Under the pieces are notes generated by a model. That model made no database searches. It was not told the DNA's origin and saw nothing but the letters and a program-made list of their open reading frames with translations. Of a stretch of DNA of 64,000 nucleotides, positions 10,701-23,100 are shown piece by piece. Source of the DNA: Macrostomum hystrix. Lineage: Eukaryota > Animalia > Platyhelminthes. Numbering within the stretch: the stretch's first letter is position 1; every line of letters starts with the position of its first letter. The stretch is from assembly GCA_950097015.1 (NCBI GenBank), contig CATNEN010000038.1, positions 21,762,001 through 21,826,000 on the forward strand, written 5' to 3'. A program made the position numbers and the translations under genes.

Positions 10701-13700
10701 TGGCTATTGGCCTCACAGACCATAGACTTCACACCAGGCTATTGGCCTCACAGACCATAGACTTCACACCTGGCTATTGGCCTCACAGACCATAGACTTC
10801 ACACCTGGCTTTTCGCCTCACAGACCATAGGCTTCACACCAGGCTATTGGCCTCTCAAAGAACCAGAACTAGACTACGCACATAAGAGTTTCGTATACTT
10901 TAGTCAGCAAGCGTTCCTCCACCCGCGAAGGTGAGTCATCATCCGCCAGCCGCCGCTTTTCATGTCGAGAGCAAAGCCGGCTGGACCACCTGGCAGGAGT
11001 TTACAATGTCCAGCAAGTTTCGCGGCAAGTACCTGTCAATCATACCGCAGGGCGTTGCCCATCTGATATTTACCCAGTCTGGCAATCATTACACTTGGCG
11101 CAAGGTGACTAGCACTGTGCACAATATTATTGTTGGAAAACTGTGGCTTGACAATCACGGCGAGATGGATATTGTCAATCACACCACTGGTCAGTATACT
11201 CCATATTTATACGAGCTTTATAGTTTTGTTTTTTCTTTAAAAAGGACATCCACTTACTGTCTGTGGGGCTGTCTTGAGTCGCCTGTCTGTTAGTCTGTCT
11301 CTATCTTTGTATTTGTAGTATCTCTCTCTTTAACCTGTCTAACTCTCCTCTTGTGTCTGTCTGTATGTCTGTATACCTCACCATCTCCCCTATGTCTGTC
11401 TCTACGTGTCCCCCTTCTTCCTGTATGTCTGTCTCTACCTGCTGTATGTCTGTCTCTACGTGTCCCCCTTCTTCCTGTATGTCTGTCTCTACGTGTCCCC
11501 CTTCTTCCTGTATGTCTGTCTCTACCTGCTGTATGTCTGTCTCTACATGTCCCCCTTCTTCCTGTATGTCTGTCTCTACCTGCTGTATGTCTGTCTCTAC
11601 ATGTCCCCCTTCTTCCTGTATGTCTGTCTCTACGTGTCCCTCTTCTTCCTGTATGTCTGTCTCTACCTGCTGTATGTCTGTCTCTACGTGTCCCCCTTCT
11701 TCCTGTATGTCTGTCTCTACCTGCTGTATGTCTGTCTCTACGTGTCCCCCTTCTTCCTGTATGTCTGTCTCTACCTGCTGTATGTTTGTCTCTACGTGTC
11801 CCTCTTCTTCCTGTATGTCTTTCTCCACCTGTCCTCTTTTCCCTATATGTCTGTCTCTAACTCACCTAAAGGCGTGTTTCCAAGAGCCAAGTTGCCAAGC
11901 AGTGCAACCTCTTTCACCTACTCATCTGCTATTTTGTAGGCGACGTGTGCCGCCTCAGCTACAAGCCTTATTCTTATTTCTCGCGCGAGACGCCTCGCAA
12001 AGTAACTGGCGTCATTAGCGACCGGTCCGGAGTCACTCGCTACGTCATCACGGGCACCTGGGACGAGATGATCGAAGGCGCCCGAGTATTGAAAGTTGAC
12101 GACAGCAAAGCTAAACAGGTGGTTGAGACCAAACCGGCTGTGTTACTATGGAAGCGAAATCCAATTTTGCCCAACGCCGAACGGATGTACAACTTTACCA
12201 AGTTCGCTATGGAGCTGAACGAGCCAGAGGACGGAGTGGCCCCGACCGATGCCCGACTGCGCCCGGATCAGCGCCTCATGGAAGACGGGCGCTGGGATGA
12301 GGCTAACAAGGAGAAGGTTAGACTAGAAGAGAAGCAGAGGGCCAAGAGGAGGCTGCGGGAGGCCGAACTAGAAGCCGCCTCGGCTACTGGTGAGTTAATG
12401 AGTTAACTTTGGCCTTTGAATATAAATCAAATTATATAATCTTATTGGCTGCATTAATCCCATTGTTGTTGATATTAATTTTTAGCTGATCGATATTAAT
12501 CCCAATTCCAATTGATTTCCCTTCATCTGATCGGTATTAATCCCAATTCCAATTGATTTCCCTTCAGCTGATCGATATTAATCCCAATTCTGTTTAGTTT
12601 TACATTTATACATTTTTGCATCAAAAGGAAAGCATGTTAATTTTATGTACAGACGAACTTTTTTTAATACATTAGCATGTCGCTTAGCGTAATGATTATA
12701 AAAGCCTTATTAGATATCTTACAAATGTTTTTTATTTTACCTGCCTACGTCTGAAAATATCAATACACCTTTAAACTTTGTGATGGATCCTAATATAATT
12801 CGATTCGCAAATATCCCCCAAAAACAGGAAATTATGAGACTAATTAGGAATTGAAATATGTTTTTAAGTCTTCTTAAAAACTAATTTCGACGAAAACAGA
12901 TTTAAGCCTTAATGTTCTAAATTATCCCAAATTCTAAAACTAATTATCCCCAAATGTAGAAAATAAATATTTTTGCAACTAGGCCTTGTATCTTAGTGGT
13001 TGGACTCGCGACTTGAAAGGTCGGGGTTCGAATCCAGAATCTATATCCTGAACTTGTGTCATTTAGCAAGGCACTTTAACTCTGTATGGCTTCAGTTCAC
13101 GCAGCTGTTAAAGGGGTATCCGTATTAGCTAGAGTAATTCGGGGTGGGTGTGGCGTCCCCCCAGTCCATGGACTGAACAGCCGTACGCGCAATAGCTGCG
13201 GCCGATTGGGGCAGGTGCAAATTGTTAATTGCGAATAACTCTTTGAAATCCCTACTCAGCATTGACACAGATATTCAACTGCTTAAGAATAATATAGAAT
13301 CAAAATATTTTCAGACCCCGACCAGGAAAACAGCGCCAATGCTGCAGGTAAATCGTTTTTAACCGTTCAGAACTCGTTGGTTGAGAAGAATTCGAGCAGC
13401 CATCCCGTCTATCGCAATTATTTCTACAATTTTTAGTCCTAGCTAGACTGACATAACAATAGTCTTTAATCCGTTTAAGATTAATTAGTAGGGAGTTTGT
13501 AGTTTCGAACTGTATATATCTGAATGTTGTAACTCACAAACAATGCGCACAACTACGAGTTCTGTGTTTTTTCTTTGACTCACAAATTCACAATCTTGCG
13601 TTAAAGTTGGTGAATTATTTCTCAATAATAAATGTGGTTAACAATTGTAGTTTTTTTAAGAATATTTTTTTGGTAAAAAGATTTTGTTTCAGTGAAAATT

Positions 13701-14706
13701 ATTTTTATAAAAATCTTTCTTTGTTGTTGGCTCGTATTTTTATAAGTTTTATTTGTAGTAAGCTCTACTTGCCAGTAGTATGTAGTAAGCGGTAAGTTAT
13801 TTTAGGTTAGTTGAAATATTCACATTTATTGGCAGTTCGTACAATAGTTGCGTAGCGTTGCGTTGTTTATGTTGTTTATTGTCTTCAAATCGTTCATCCC
13901 ATACGATCAGATTGATCCTCACAAAAAACTCATCACTGTCCCAAATCATTAGATGGATCCCAAAAATATCTAAAATCCTCAGATTAATCCCATAAATATA
14001 CCCACATTAAATCCCAAATTTTAGATCCTTATATTAAACGCATCACTTATCCCAAGCAATCATATTGATCCCATCACTATCCCAAATCCTCAGATTAATA
14101 GCATAAATATACCCACATTAAATCCCCAAATTTAGTTCCTTTCATTTATTGTATCGCAATCCTTAAACCATCGGATTGATTCCATCACCATCCGAGATCT
14201 TCATATTTAACCCATCACCATCCGAGATCCTCAGATTGATCCCATCACCATCCGAGATCCTCAGATTGAACCCATCACCATCCGAGATCCTCAGATTGAT
14301 CCCATCACCATCCGAGATCCTCAGATTGAACCCATCACCATCCGATATCCTCAGATTGAACCCATCACCATCCGAGATCCTCAGATTGAACCCATCACCA
14401 TCCGAGATCCTCAGATTGAACCCATCACCATCCGAGATCCTCAGATTTATCCCATCACCATGCAATATATTTATAACATTGTTTTTATGTCATCTACTAG
14501 TTGCTTTTCGAAGCACGATAGAATTTATAAACATACCATCAGTATTAACCCCTACCACTTCAGGCCAGAGTCACCCGGACTATCAGCCAGTGTGGTTTAA
14601 ACCGAAGCCCGATCCGACCACTGGCGGCACAATTCACTGCTTCACTGGTGAATACTGGGCCTGCAAGGAGCGACGTGATTGGTCCAAATGTCCGGATCTG
14701 TACTGA
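4750..14706 (+). CDS. OSBP: Oxysterol-binding protein (PH + FFAT + ORD)
   Basis: Exons 4750-4868, 6359-6561, 6759-7015, 7092-7317, [7458-7481], 8807-9120, 10043-10513, 10931-11189, 11940-12389, [13315-13347], 14564-14706. Motifs: [42 protein letters not shown] signature EQ|VSHHPP, C-terminal WSKCPDLY. Confidence 0.95.
5640..6163 (-). mobile_element. Non-autonomous Helentron/HINE-like dispersed repeat, copy 1
   Basis: Reverse complement matches 18903-19410 and 30714-31090 (ttgcgcatcttctgaaacaagaa..caagt.gccagctcttcagacc); subterminal inverted taccaaggg/cccttggta; 3' hairpin. Confidence 0.6.
7768..8755. repeat. 31-bp intronic minisatellite interrupted by a MITE
   Basis: Unit gtgactactgacaaaatactgacggatgata on both sides of 7830-8249. 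Confidence 0.9.
7830..8249. mobile_element. CACTA/EnSpm-like MITE (420 bp)
   Basis: Ends CCCGCTAAAAAAT ... ATTTTTTACAGGG (imperfect TIR); 2-bp TSD AG at 7828-29 and 8250-51; removal restores the minisatellite unit; internal inverted repeat gaaaccgccgaggaatc / gattcttcggcggtttc. Confidence 0.75.
10580..10856. repeat. 35-bp intronic minisatellite (~8 copies)
   Basis: Unit ccatagacttcacaccaggctattggcctcacaga. Confidence 0.95.
11340..11860. repeat. Compound 30/21-bp intronic minisatellite
   Basis: tgtatgtctgtctctacgtgtcccccttcttcc alternating with tgtatgtctgtctctacctgc. Confidence 0.9.
12982..13225 (+). mobile_element. tRNA-derived SINE family 1
   Basis: B-box ggttcgaatcc; core ttgtgtc.tttagcaaggcactttaac...cagctgttaaa; body cagtccatggactgaacagc; end ggggcaggtg. 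Confidence 0.85.
14175..14460. repeat. 30-bp intronic minisatellite
   Basis: Unit cccatcaccatccgagatcctcagattga(a/t); degenerate copies extend back to ~13900. Confidence 0.95.
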
Positions 14707-15235
14707 GCCAATCACGACGCTCCGCTGGTTTTATGGATTTTATATGGCTTTATTTACTAATTCTGTGTTCTCTTAATCCATCATAAACTTTTTTATTAAA
14801 TTTGTATAAATGCATATGTGCATTGAGTTGATGCGAGGAAAGTATAACAAAACATTGTTGATGAAATTTGTTTATTTGTTAACATTTCTAATAGATAATA
14901 GTAAATTGATAATGACAGCAATGCGCACTGTAATTTCGACACCTTCAATCTAAGTCGTTAATACTGGTGTTTATGGGTTTACGGTTTCCGTTTATTATGT
15001 TCAGGATTAGCTGATTTATGTTTCTAAATTTGAATAGAAACGCAAATTCGTAACACTTATCGATATAGTTGTTATACGCACACAATTGTAAGAATTCATT
15101 TATTGACATTATTATTTATACGATTATACTCATTTACACCGATTCTAACCTTTTCAATATTAAATTCGTGTGAGTCTACACTCAGGAACAGAAGTAGTTT
15201 TCCAGCCGTAAATTTAAATTTTCATTTCTAATACT

Positions 15236-15650
15236 CCTAATATAGAATTCTAGAGGCCCCTTAGCCTACTCCAGCCAAGGCACGTGACTACCGGCAGCCA
15301 ATGAAATCGTGGCGGAAAATTCCTAATATAGAACTCTAGAGGCCCCTTAGCCTACTCCAGCCAAGGCACGTGACTACCGGCAGCCAATGAAATCGTGGCG
15401 GAAAATTCCTAATATAGAACTCTAGAGGCCCCTTAGCCTACTCCAGCCAAGGCACGTGACTACCGGCAGCCAATGAAATCGTGGCGGAAAATTCCTAATA
15501 TAGAATTCTAGAGGCCCCTTAGCCTACCCCAGCCAAGGCACGTGACTACCGGCAGCCAATGAAATCGTGGCGGAAAATTCCTAATATAGAACTCTAGAGG
15601 CTATTTCGCCAACCCCAGCCAAGGCACGGGACTAAAGCCAGCCAATGGAA
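15236..15650. repeat. 86-bp intergenic tandem array carrying E-box and CCAAT motifs
   Basis: Units start at 15236, 15322, 15408, 15494 and 15580 (last degenerate); each has CACGTGAC, AGCCAATG and GGCGGAAAA. Confidence 0.92.
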
Positions 15651-16809
15651 AACTAGATTTTTAAATCCTTCTGTTTTAAATCCTGCTGAGTGTACAGTAT
15701 ATATACTTTTATTTATTTTTGTTTTCCTTTTAAAATCATATTCATATTATATTTGTCATCTTGTCGACTTCCACTAAACCACTTATCCACTTCTAAAAAA
15801 GCAGTTTCGAAATTTCGGAAATAAGTACCAATTTTTTGCATATGTCTACTTTTAATTCGTTGTTTTTTATGTACTTTTGTTTCGTTTTGTTAACGAAATT
15901 GTCTCGCTGCGCACAATGGGCGCAATCTGCCTAATTACTGTTTCAAGTAGTGATTAACGAAAAGTGTCTGCTTGATTAATACTGATTTGACTAATGTTAT
16001 TGTTATATTGTTAGATTGCTAATAATTATCGATTGAAATTACTTGAACATTGCCTTGGGAGTTTGTTCCCATAGATCTCCCTTCTTGTTTTACACTAACT
16101 TATTAAACTGACAGTAATTAGTAATCATTTGATCAATCAGCTAGGTGCACTGCTTTCATTATTTTGCACTTTTTGTATTTCTTCAAAAAATGTTTATTTA
16201 TTTATTATTAAGCGTTTTGCAGTTGTTGTGCCATCAAATTCTCTTTAAGTTTTAATGTGCTGCCTATTCTAATCAGTAATTAAATCGTTATTCACCAATG
16301 AGTGATCCTTGTTTGCAGTGTTATGCGTGCACGAATAAAGGCTAATTTGCTTTTTTTTCTAACAGACTGCCTTGAAGAAGAAAAAAGTGTACTAATAAGG
16401 ATAGTTTTGCTCTTATCTGGCGATCATGGTTCGATGCATCCCACTAATGATTCTTTTCTCTCCGTCTCCAAGCCTTAGTTTATTAGAAAAGTATCAAATA
16501 AAATTGTTATTTGTTATAAAAAATAGACTAGATAATTACGAAGCGTTTGATTTTTTTGGTCTTTCAATTTCATCATTGTTGTGAGCTGTTTCGTTGTTAT
16601 TCTTTCGCTTTAATTATCTTAGACTTTTTATTGACTGAAGTATTTTAAATTGGTGCCAATTTTCACCGTTTGTCTACTTATATATTTTAAGTAGCGAAGG
16701 AAAAACTTAGGTAGAAATAAAAATTATCCAATAATTCCCAGGCCTACTTAAAGTACGTGAATAAGCTTTTTTCGCACATTTTTTCCAGCTACTCTAAAAG
16801 CGCCCAGCT

Positions 16810-18168
16810 ATGCTATCTGAACCGTCTGCCCCCGGTTTCGTCTTTGACAATGTGCTGCGCAATCAGCACCTGGTGGCTAAATGCGGCGTCGATTCCGCAT
16901 CGTCAGCCGCCAGTAAAAGCTCCGCTGCATTGCCGCGCGCTATCAAGACTGGCACCACCATTGTTGGCTGCGTCTACAACGGCGGCGTTGTCCTAGGCGC
17001 TGACACTCGGGCCACAGAGGGTAGCATTGTAGCCGATAAGAACTGCAGCAAGATTCATTTCATTGCTGACAATATCTACTGCTGCGGAGCCGGTACCGCC
17101 GCTGATACCGAAATGGTTACTAGACAGATCTCTGCGCAGATCCGTTTGCATGGCCTGTCCACTGGTCGGGTGCCGCGGGTCATCACCGCCAAACAGCTGC
17201 TCAAGGACTATCTGTTCAGGTGAGTCTGTCCGGAATCCCAATCTCTTGATTTCTGGCATTTTGTCTAGCTAATCCTCTGTTCTTACTTAGAAGGTAAATC
17301 CTCATCTGGGATTACTCACCATCTAATCCTCATCTGGGATTACTCACCATCTAATCCTCATCTGGGATTACTCACCATCTAATCTTCATCTGGGATTACT
17401 CACCATCTAATCCTCATCTGGGATTACTCACCATCTAATCCTCATCTGGGATTACTCACCATCTAATCATCATCTGGGATTACTCACCATCTAATCCTCA
17501 TCTTGGATTACTCACCATCTAATCCTCATCTGTGATTACTCACCATCTAATCCTCATCTGGGATTACTCACCATCTAATCCTCATCTGGGATTACTCACC
17601 ATCTAATCATCATCTGGGATTACTCACTATCTAATCCTCATCTGGGGTTACTCATAACTAATCCTCGAGTCGGATTTCTGAAAGCTAGTCCCCACCTGAA
17701 TACCTCACCAGGTACCAGGGCCACATTGGCGCCGCTCTAGTCATCGGCGGTGTTGACTACCTCGGCCCGCACCTGTACTCTGTGGCACCGCACGGCTCAG
17801 TTGACTGCGCACCCTACATCACAATGGGGAGCGGCAGTCTGGCCGCTATGGCCGTCTTTGAGAGCCGCTATAAGCCTGGCCTTGATCAGCGCGAGGCCGT
17901 TGAACTAGTTCGCGACGCCATCGCGGCGGGTATCTTCAACGATCTAGGCAGCGGCTCCAATGTCGACGTCTGCATCATCCGACCGGACGGTGTCGATTAC
18001 CTGCGCCCCTACCTGGTGGCTAATGAGAAGGGCCAGCGAGCCGCTGTCTACCGCGGCGGTAAGCCGGCCGTCCTGCGCGCCGACCGGCGTCCAGTCCTGG
18101 CCGACATTGTCAGCACGCGCATCATTCGTGACTCGGCAGCCACTGGCGAGACGCCCATGGAGACCTAG
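16810..18168 (+). CDS. PSMB7: Proteasome subunit beta type-7 (beta2)
   Basis: Exons 16810-17219 and 17712-18168. Propeptide [10 protein letters not shown], cleavage KTG|TTIVG, GADTRAT, FR|[33 protein letters not shown]. Confidence 0.96.
17297..17665. repeat. 28-bp intronic minisatellite (~13 copies)
   Basis: Unit aatcctcatctgggattactcaccatct. Confidence 0.95.
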
Positions 18169-18902
18169 GCTATTAGGAATGGGATAAATTCCAAATTATC
18201 CACGAGTAGGCCGAGTGACACCGGTTGAACTTGAAATTGTTCGATTAATTTTCTTCTAATATTCGGTTTCCAACATTGAATTTTGGAAATATTTAAATTC
18301 GCGCCAAAAAATAAACACGTTAAAACTTATTTCTATGTACTTCTTTCTTTTAGTTAAAAACTAAACAAATTTTCTGGTCTAAGCTATTCTTCAAAGTTAA
18401 ACCCATTCACTTAGAATTCGTATTTTAGTTTTGATGTTTTCTTACTTTTTGGCGCGAATTCAAATATTTCCTATTTTGGTCCATCTCAATAATTGCAGGT
18501 AGCTTTAAAACGGAGTTTCATTGAACTTAATAAACTAATTAGCAGGTTAAAATCACGTCTAATTTGTATATCCAGCAATGTAAACGCCAAGTCTCTCAAA
18601 CTGTTATCTTAGCTACTACTTTTTATTCTTTGTCTTCTAAATAAACTGTCTTGAAAGCCTCACGAGGTACCCAGTGAGGCATGGTTTGCAAGCAATTTAT
18701 TCTTGTTTCTCCTAAAATACTTTGAGCAAATATACTGGTGAGCTGCGGAGTCTGTTAAGGCATTAAAATTTAAGCGTTCGCAAATAATAAAAACTGTCAG
18801 GTGAAAGTGTGTTATTGTTTCCTTATTTATTCATTGACTTTAAGCGCTAACTATCTTGAGTCATCTTGAGTACTGACTGTCATTGATGAGTCATTAACTG
18901 CA

Positions 18903-19410
18903 GAACTACCAAGGGCATTCCCCCTGACAATGTTTGGCGCCGCACCCGAACGGAACAACACCTGCCCACGACACTCAAGAGCAGGGATCAAATTTTTGTT
19001 GCGCATCTTCTGAAACAAGAATCAAGTCGCCAGCTCTTCAGACCGTCGAGATATTCAATGTTTCTGGCCAAAGGTCAGATATTTCCCATAGATTTCATTC
19101 CCATAGATTAAATTCCCATAGCGCTAGAACATTTCATCCACCCCTAAGCACAAATAAGCACTGCCAGGCCTTCAAAATTATTCATCATCTCCGTCTTCGG
19201 TGGTCACCTACCTTTATCTAGACGGATTTGCTGGTCCTTCAAGGTCTACAACAGGTGGAAATAGGGTACTTTGGATACGAGAATTTCTCCAATTTCACTG
19301 ATCAAGCCTAAATATTGGCCTAGGCGCAGTTCAACCACTGGACACCATCGTCTGGTCTGTCAACCAATCAGTCACCACCCAACGCTGTTAGCATTCAAGA
19401 GGTTATACCT
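18903..19410 (+). mobile_element. Helentron/HINE-like dispersed repeat, copy 2
   Basis: Starts gaactaccaagggcattcccc; homologous to 5640-6163(-) and 30714-31090. Confidence 0.6.
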
Positions 19411-20133
19411 CTCTCGCGATATGTTGAATGGTTTCAACTAGAAATTGTGAAAGGCAAACTAAACAGTGCCGTGAATGATCTCGCTAACTTTACATGTAGT
19501 ATAGTGTACTTTTGTACCTAAAATTTCATTTTACTGTGTTCTGAAAGAAATCAATCACGATGATAAGGATTTCATCAACCTTAGGCTACTAATTATGCAA
19601 ATATGAACTATAGTGTAAGTCTTCCAATTGGCCACACAAGGAAACCATTCTATATCGTATCAGTGAATAATTTATTCAATTTAGTAGGGAACTCTCTAAA
19701 GAAAGGCATGGCGTAGTTATCCATGCATTTTATTATTGAATAGTATTATCGGTTTTAGATTGTATAAACATAAGGCCTTAGTAACCAAAACAACTCAAGT
19801 GGCGTCTCATTTCAGTTGGAAGCAATAAAAACACACGGCAGCCACTCACACACGCACTCTCTGGCTTTGCTTCTGCTAAAAACATTTTCTCTGCTCATTT
19901 CTTAGCCGCTTAAACAAGCCATTGTACAGCGTGCTGTAGGTTCGCCATTTCTTTTAATTGTTTATTTTCACCTCTCTCTAGCTTAGCAGCCCGTGTGCTA
20001 ATATAACATACACACACTGTGATATCCGAATCTCAATTCTTTCTACTCGCCAAACTCTCTCTATCTGCCTCACTATAGGACTTAAAAAACAGACTTGCTC
20101 AACAGTTCAGCTGCCTATTGGGCCCTGAGCAAG

Positions 20134-23100
20134 ATGGAGCAGTCGGGTCCGCCAAAAAGCATGCACCAGCTTTATTCGGCACTAGTAGACGACCTGGCTA
20201 GAGTTCGTTCTCAACTGGACAGTCTGGAGTTCGAATTCTACAGTCAGGACGCGGCAGTCGACGGCGAGGAACGCGAGAATGGGGATGCCGCCTACGCATT
20301 CATCTGTCGTTGGGCACCGGTGGCCAAGGAGGTGATGCAATGTCACGGCCTGGCCGAGCTCAACTCGATGCGCCAGATGCAGTCGGCCATTGTGCTGGGC
20401 CGGGATCCTGAGCTGCGAGAACTGCAGCCAGATTTGAAGCACATCGGTCCGGAGACATGCGTCCGGTTGACTCGGCTCCAGAATCGACTCTTGGCCTACG
20501 TGCCCAGCCGGTTCACAAGTGAGTGACTGCGCCTGTGCTTTGACTGCTGCCACGGATGTGTCCGCTGAACTAATACAACCCACTTGCATTATCTACAATG
20601 AGTACTCTCCTGCCTTGTCTCTCCAGTGTCTCATCTCTCCCCTGTCTCATCTCTCCCCTGTCTCATCTCTCCCCTGTCTCATCTCTCCCCTGTCTCATCT
20701 CTCCCCTGTCTCATCTCTCCCCTGTCTCATCTCTCCCGTGTCTCATCTCTCCCCTGTCTCATCTCTCCCCTGTCTCATCTCTCCCCTGTCTCATCTCTCC
20801 CCTGTCTCATCTCTCCCCTGTCTCATCTCTCCCCTGTCTCATCTCTCCCAGCTGTTTCATCTCTCCCCTGTCTCATCTCTCCCCTGTCTCATCTCTCCCG
20901 TGTCTCATCTCTCCCCTGTCTCATCTCTCTCGTGTCTCATCTCTCTCGTGTCTTTTCTCTCCCGTGTCTCATCTCTCCCCTGTCTCATCTCTCTCCTGTC
21001 TCATCTCTTTCCTATCTCATCTCTCCCCTGTCTCATCTCTCCCCTGTCACATCTCTCCCCTGTCTCATCTCTCCCCTGTCTCATCTCTCCCCTGTTTCAT
21101 CTCTCCCCTGTCTCATCTCTCCCCTGTCTCATCTCTCCCCTGTCTCATCTCTCCCCTGTCTCATCTCTCCCCTGTCTCATCTCTCCCCTGTTTCATCTCT
21201 CCCCTGTTTCATCTCTCCCCTGTCTCATCTCTCCCCTGTCTCATCTCTCCCTTGTCTCATCTCTCTCGTGTCTCATCTCTCTCGTGTCTTTTCTCTCCCG
21301 TGTCTCATCTCTCCCCTGTCTCATCTCTCTCCTGTCTCATCTCTCCCCTGTCTCATCTCTCCCCTGTCTCATCTCTCCCAGCTGTTTCATCTCTCCCTTG
21401 TCTCATCTCTCCCCTGTCTCATCTCTCCCGTGTCTCATCTCTCCCCTGTCTCATCTCTCCCCTGTCTCATCTCTCCCCTGTCTCATCTCTCCCCTGTCTC
21501 ATCTCTTCCAGCTGTTTCATCTCTCCCCTGTCTCATCTCTCCCCTGTCTCATCTCTCCCGTGTCTCATCTCTCCCCTGTCTCATCTCTCTCCTGTCTCAT
21601 CTCTCTCGTGTCTTTTCTCTCCCGTGTCTCATCTCTCCCCTGTCTCATCTCTCTCCTGTCTCATCTCTTTCCTATCTCATCTCTCCCCTGTCTCATCTCT
21701 CCCCTGTCTCATCTCTCCCCTGTCTCATCTCTCCCCTGTCTCATCTCTCCCCTGTCTCATCTCTCCCCTGTCTCATCTCTCCCCTGTTTCATCTCTCCCC
21801 TGTCTCATCTCTCCCCTGTCTCATCTCTCCCCTGTCTCATCTCTCCCCTGTCTCATCTCTCCCCTGTCTCATCTCTCCCCTGTTTCATCTCTCCCCTGTT
21901 TCATCTCTCCCCTGTCTCATCTCTCCCGTGTCATCTTCCCTAAGCTTAATCGATGCCACCTACTTCCCATTCAAATCAGGCATGATTGACACAATCGGTC
22001 GTGTCCAGGCACTATGCGACAAGTACCTGCTATCGTTCTACACTCTGGACTATAAGCAGGCTCCAGTGGAGACGGCAAAGAAGTACACAATGAGCCGGAG
22101 AGAATGGAACAGCCGGGCCAGGGAGTGCATGAAGAACGCGCTCTACAATCCGCACCTGTTCCTCAGAGACTGCCTCCGGCTGAGTGAGTTTTAATACTTT
22201 CCTCCTGATGTCCTCTGACAGTTCCAGCCTGATTTAAGTGCCTTGAGATTCTCCCAAACTTGATCCCAGTGTCCTCATCCTCTCCCAACCTGATCCCATT
22301 CTACCAACCAGATTCCATTCTCCCAATCAGATCCCATTCTCCCTACTAGATCCTATTCTCCCAACCTGATCCCATTCTCCCAAACCTGATCCCATTCTCC
22401 CAGCCTGATCCCATTCTCCCAAACCTGATCCCATTCTCCCAACCTGATTTCATTCTCCTAATCTGATCCTATTTTCCCAACCTGATCCTATTCTCCAAAA
22501 CCTGATTTTATTCTCCCAATCTGATCCCATTCTCCTAAACCTGATCCCATTCTCCCAACCAGACCCCATTCTCCCAACCTGATCCAATTCTACCAACCAG
22601 ATCCCATTCTCCCAACCTGATCCCATTCTACCAACCAGATCCCATTCTACCAACCTGATCCCATTCTCCAAAACCTGATCCCATTCTCCCAACCAGATCC
22701 CATTCTCCCAACCTGATCCCATTCTCCAAAACCTGATCCCATTCTCCAAAACCTGATCCCATTCTCCCAATCAGATCCCATTCTCCCTACTAGATCCTTT
22801 TCTCCCAAACTGATCCCATTCTCCCAAACCTGATCCCATTCTCCCAAACCTGATCCCATTCTCCCAGCCTGATCCCATTCTCCCAAACCTGATCCCATTC
22901 TCCCAACCTGATTTCATTCTCCTAATCTGATCCTATTCTCCCAACCTGATCCTATTCTCCAAAACCAGATTTTATTCTCCCAATCTGATCCCATTCTCTA
23001 AAACCTGATCCCATTCTCCCAACCAGATCCCATTCTCCCAACCTGATCCCATTCTCCAAAACCAGATCCCATTCTCCCAACCTGATCCCATTCTACCAAC

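Noticed and set aside
11301-12018. Cys-rich/keratin-associated-like and acidic repeat ORFs
   Set aside because: Intronic compound repeat of OSBP; both flanking exons join in frame.
12982-13050. tRNA gene
   Set aside because: Only A/B-box remnants followed by a shared SINE body; no complete cloverleaf. The same applies to 31840 and 46600.
17297-17665. Antisense tandem donor/acceptor motifs (GTGAGT...CCAG) in the 28-bp repeat
   Set aside because: No evidence of an antisense gene; spacing too short for introns.
20519-22194. 460-520-aa ORFs (SHLSPVSSLPCLISPL...) in three frames
   Set aside because: Translations of a stop-free 17-bp intronic repeat; the flanking exons splice in frame around it.
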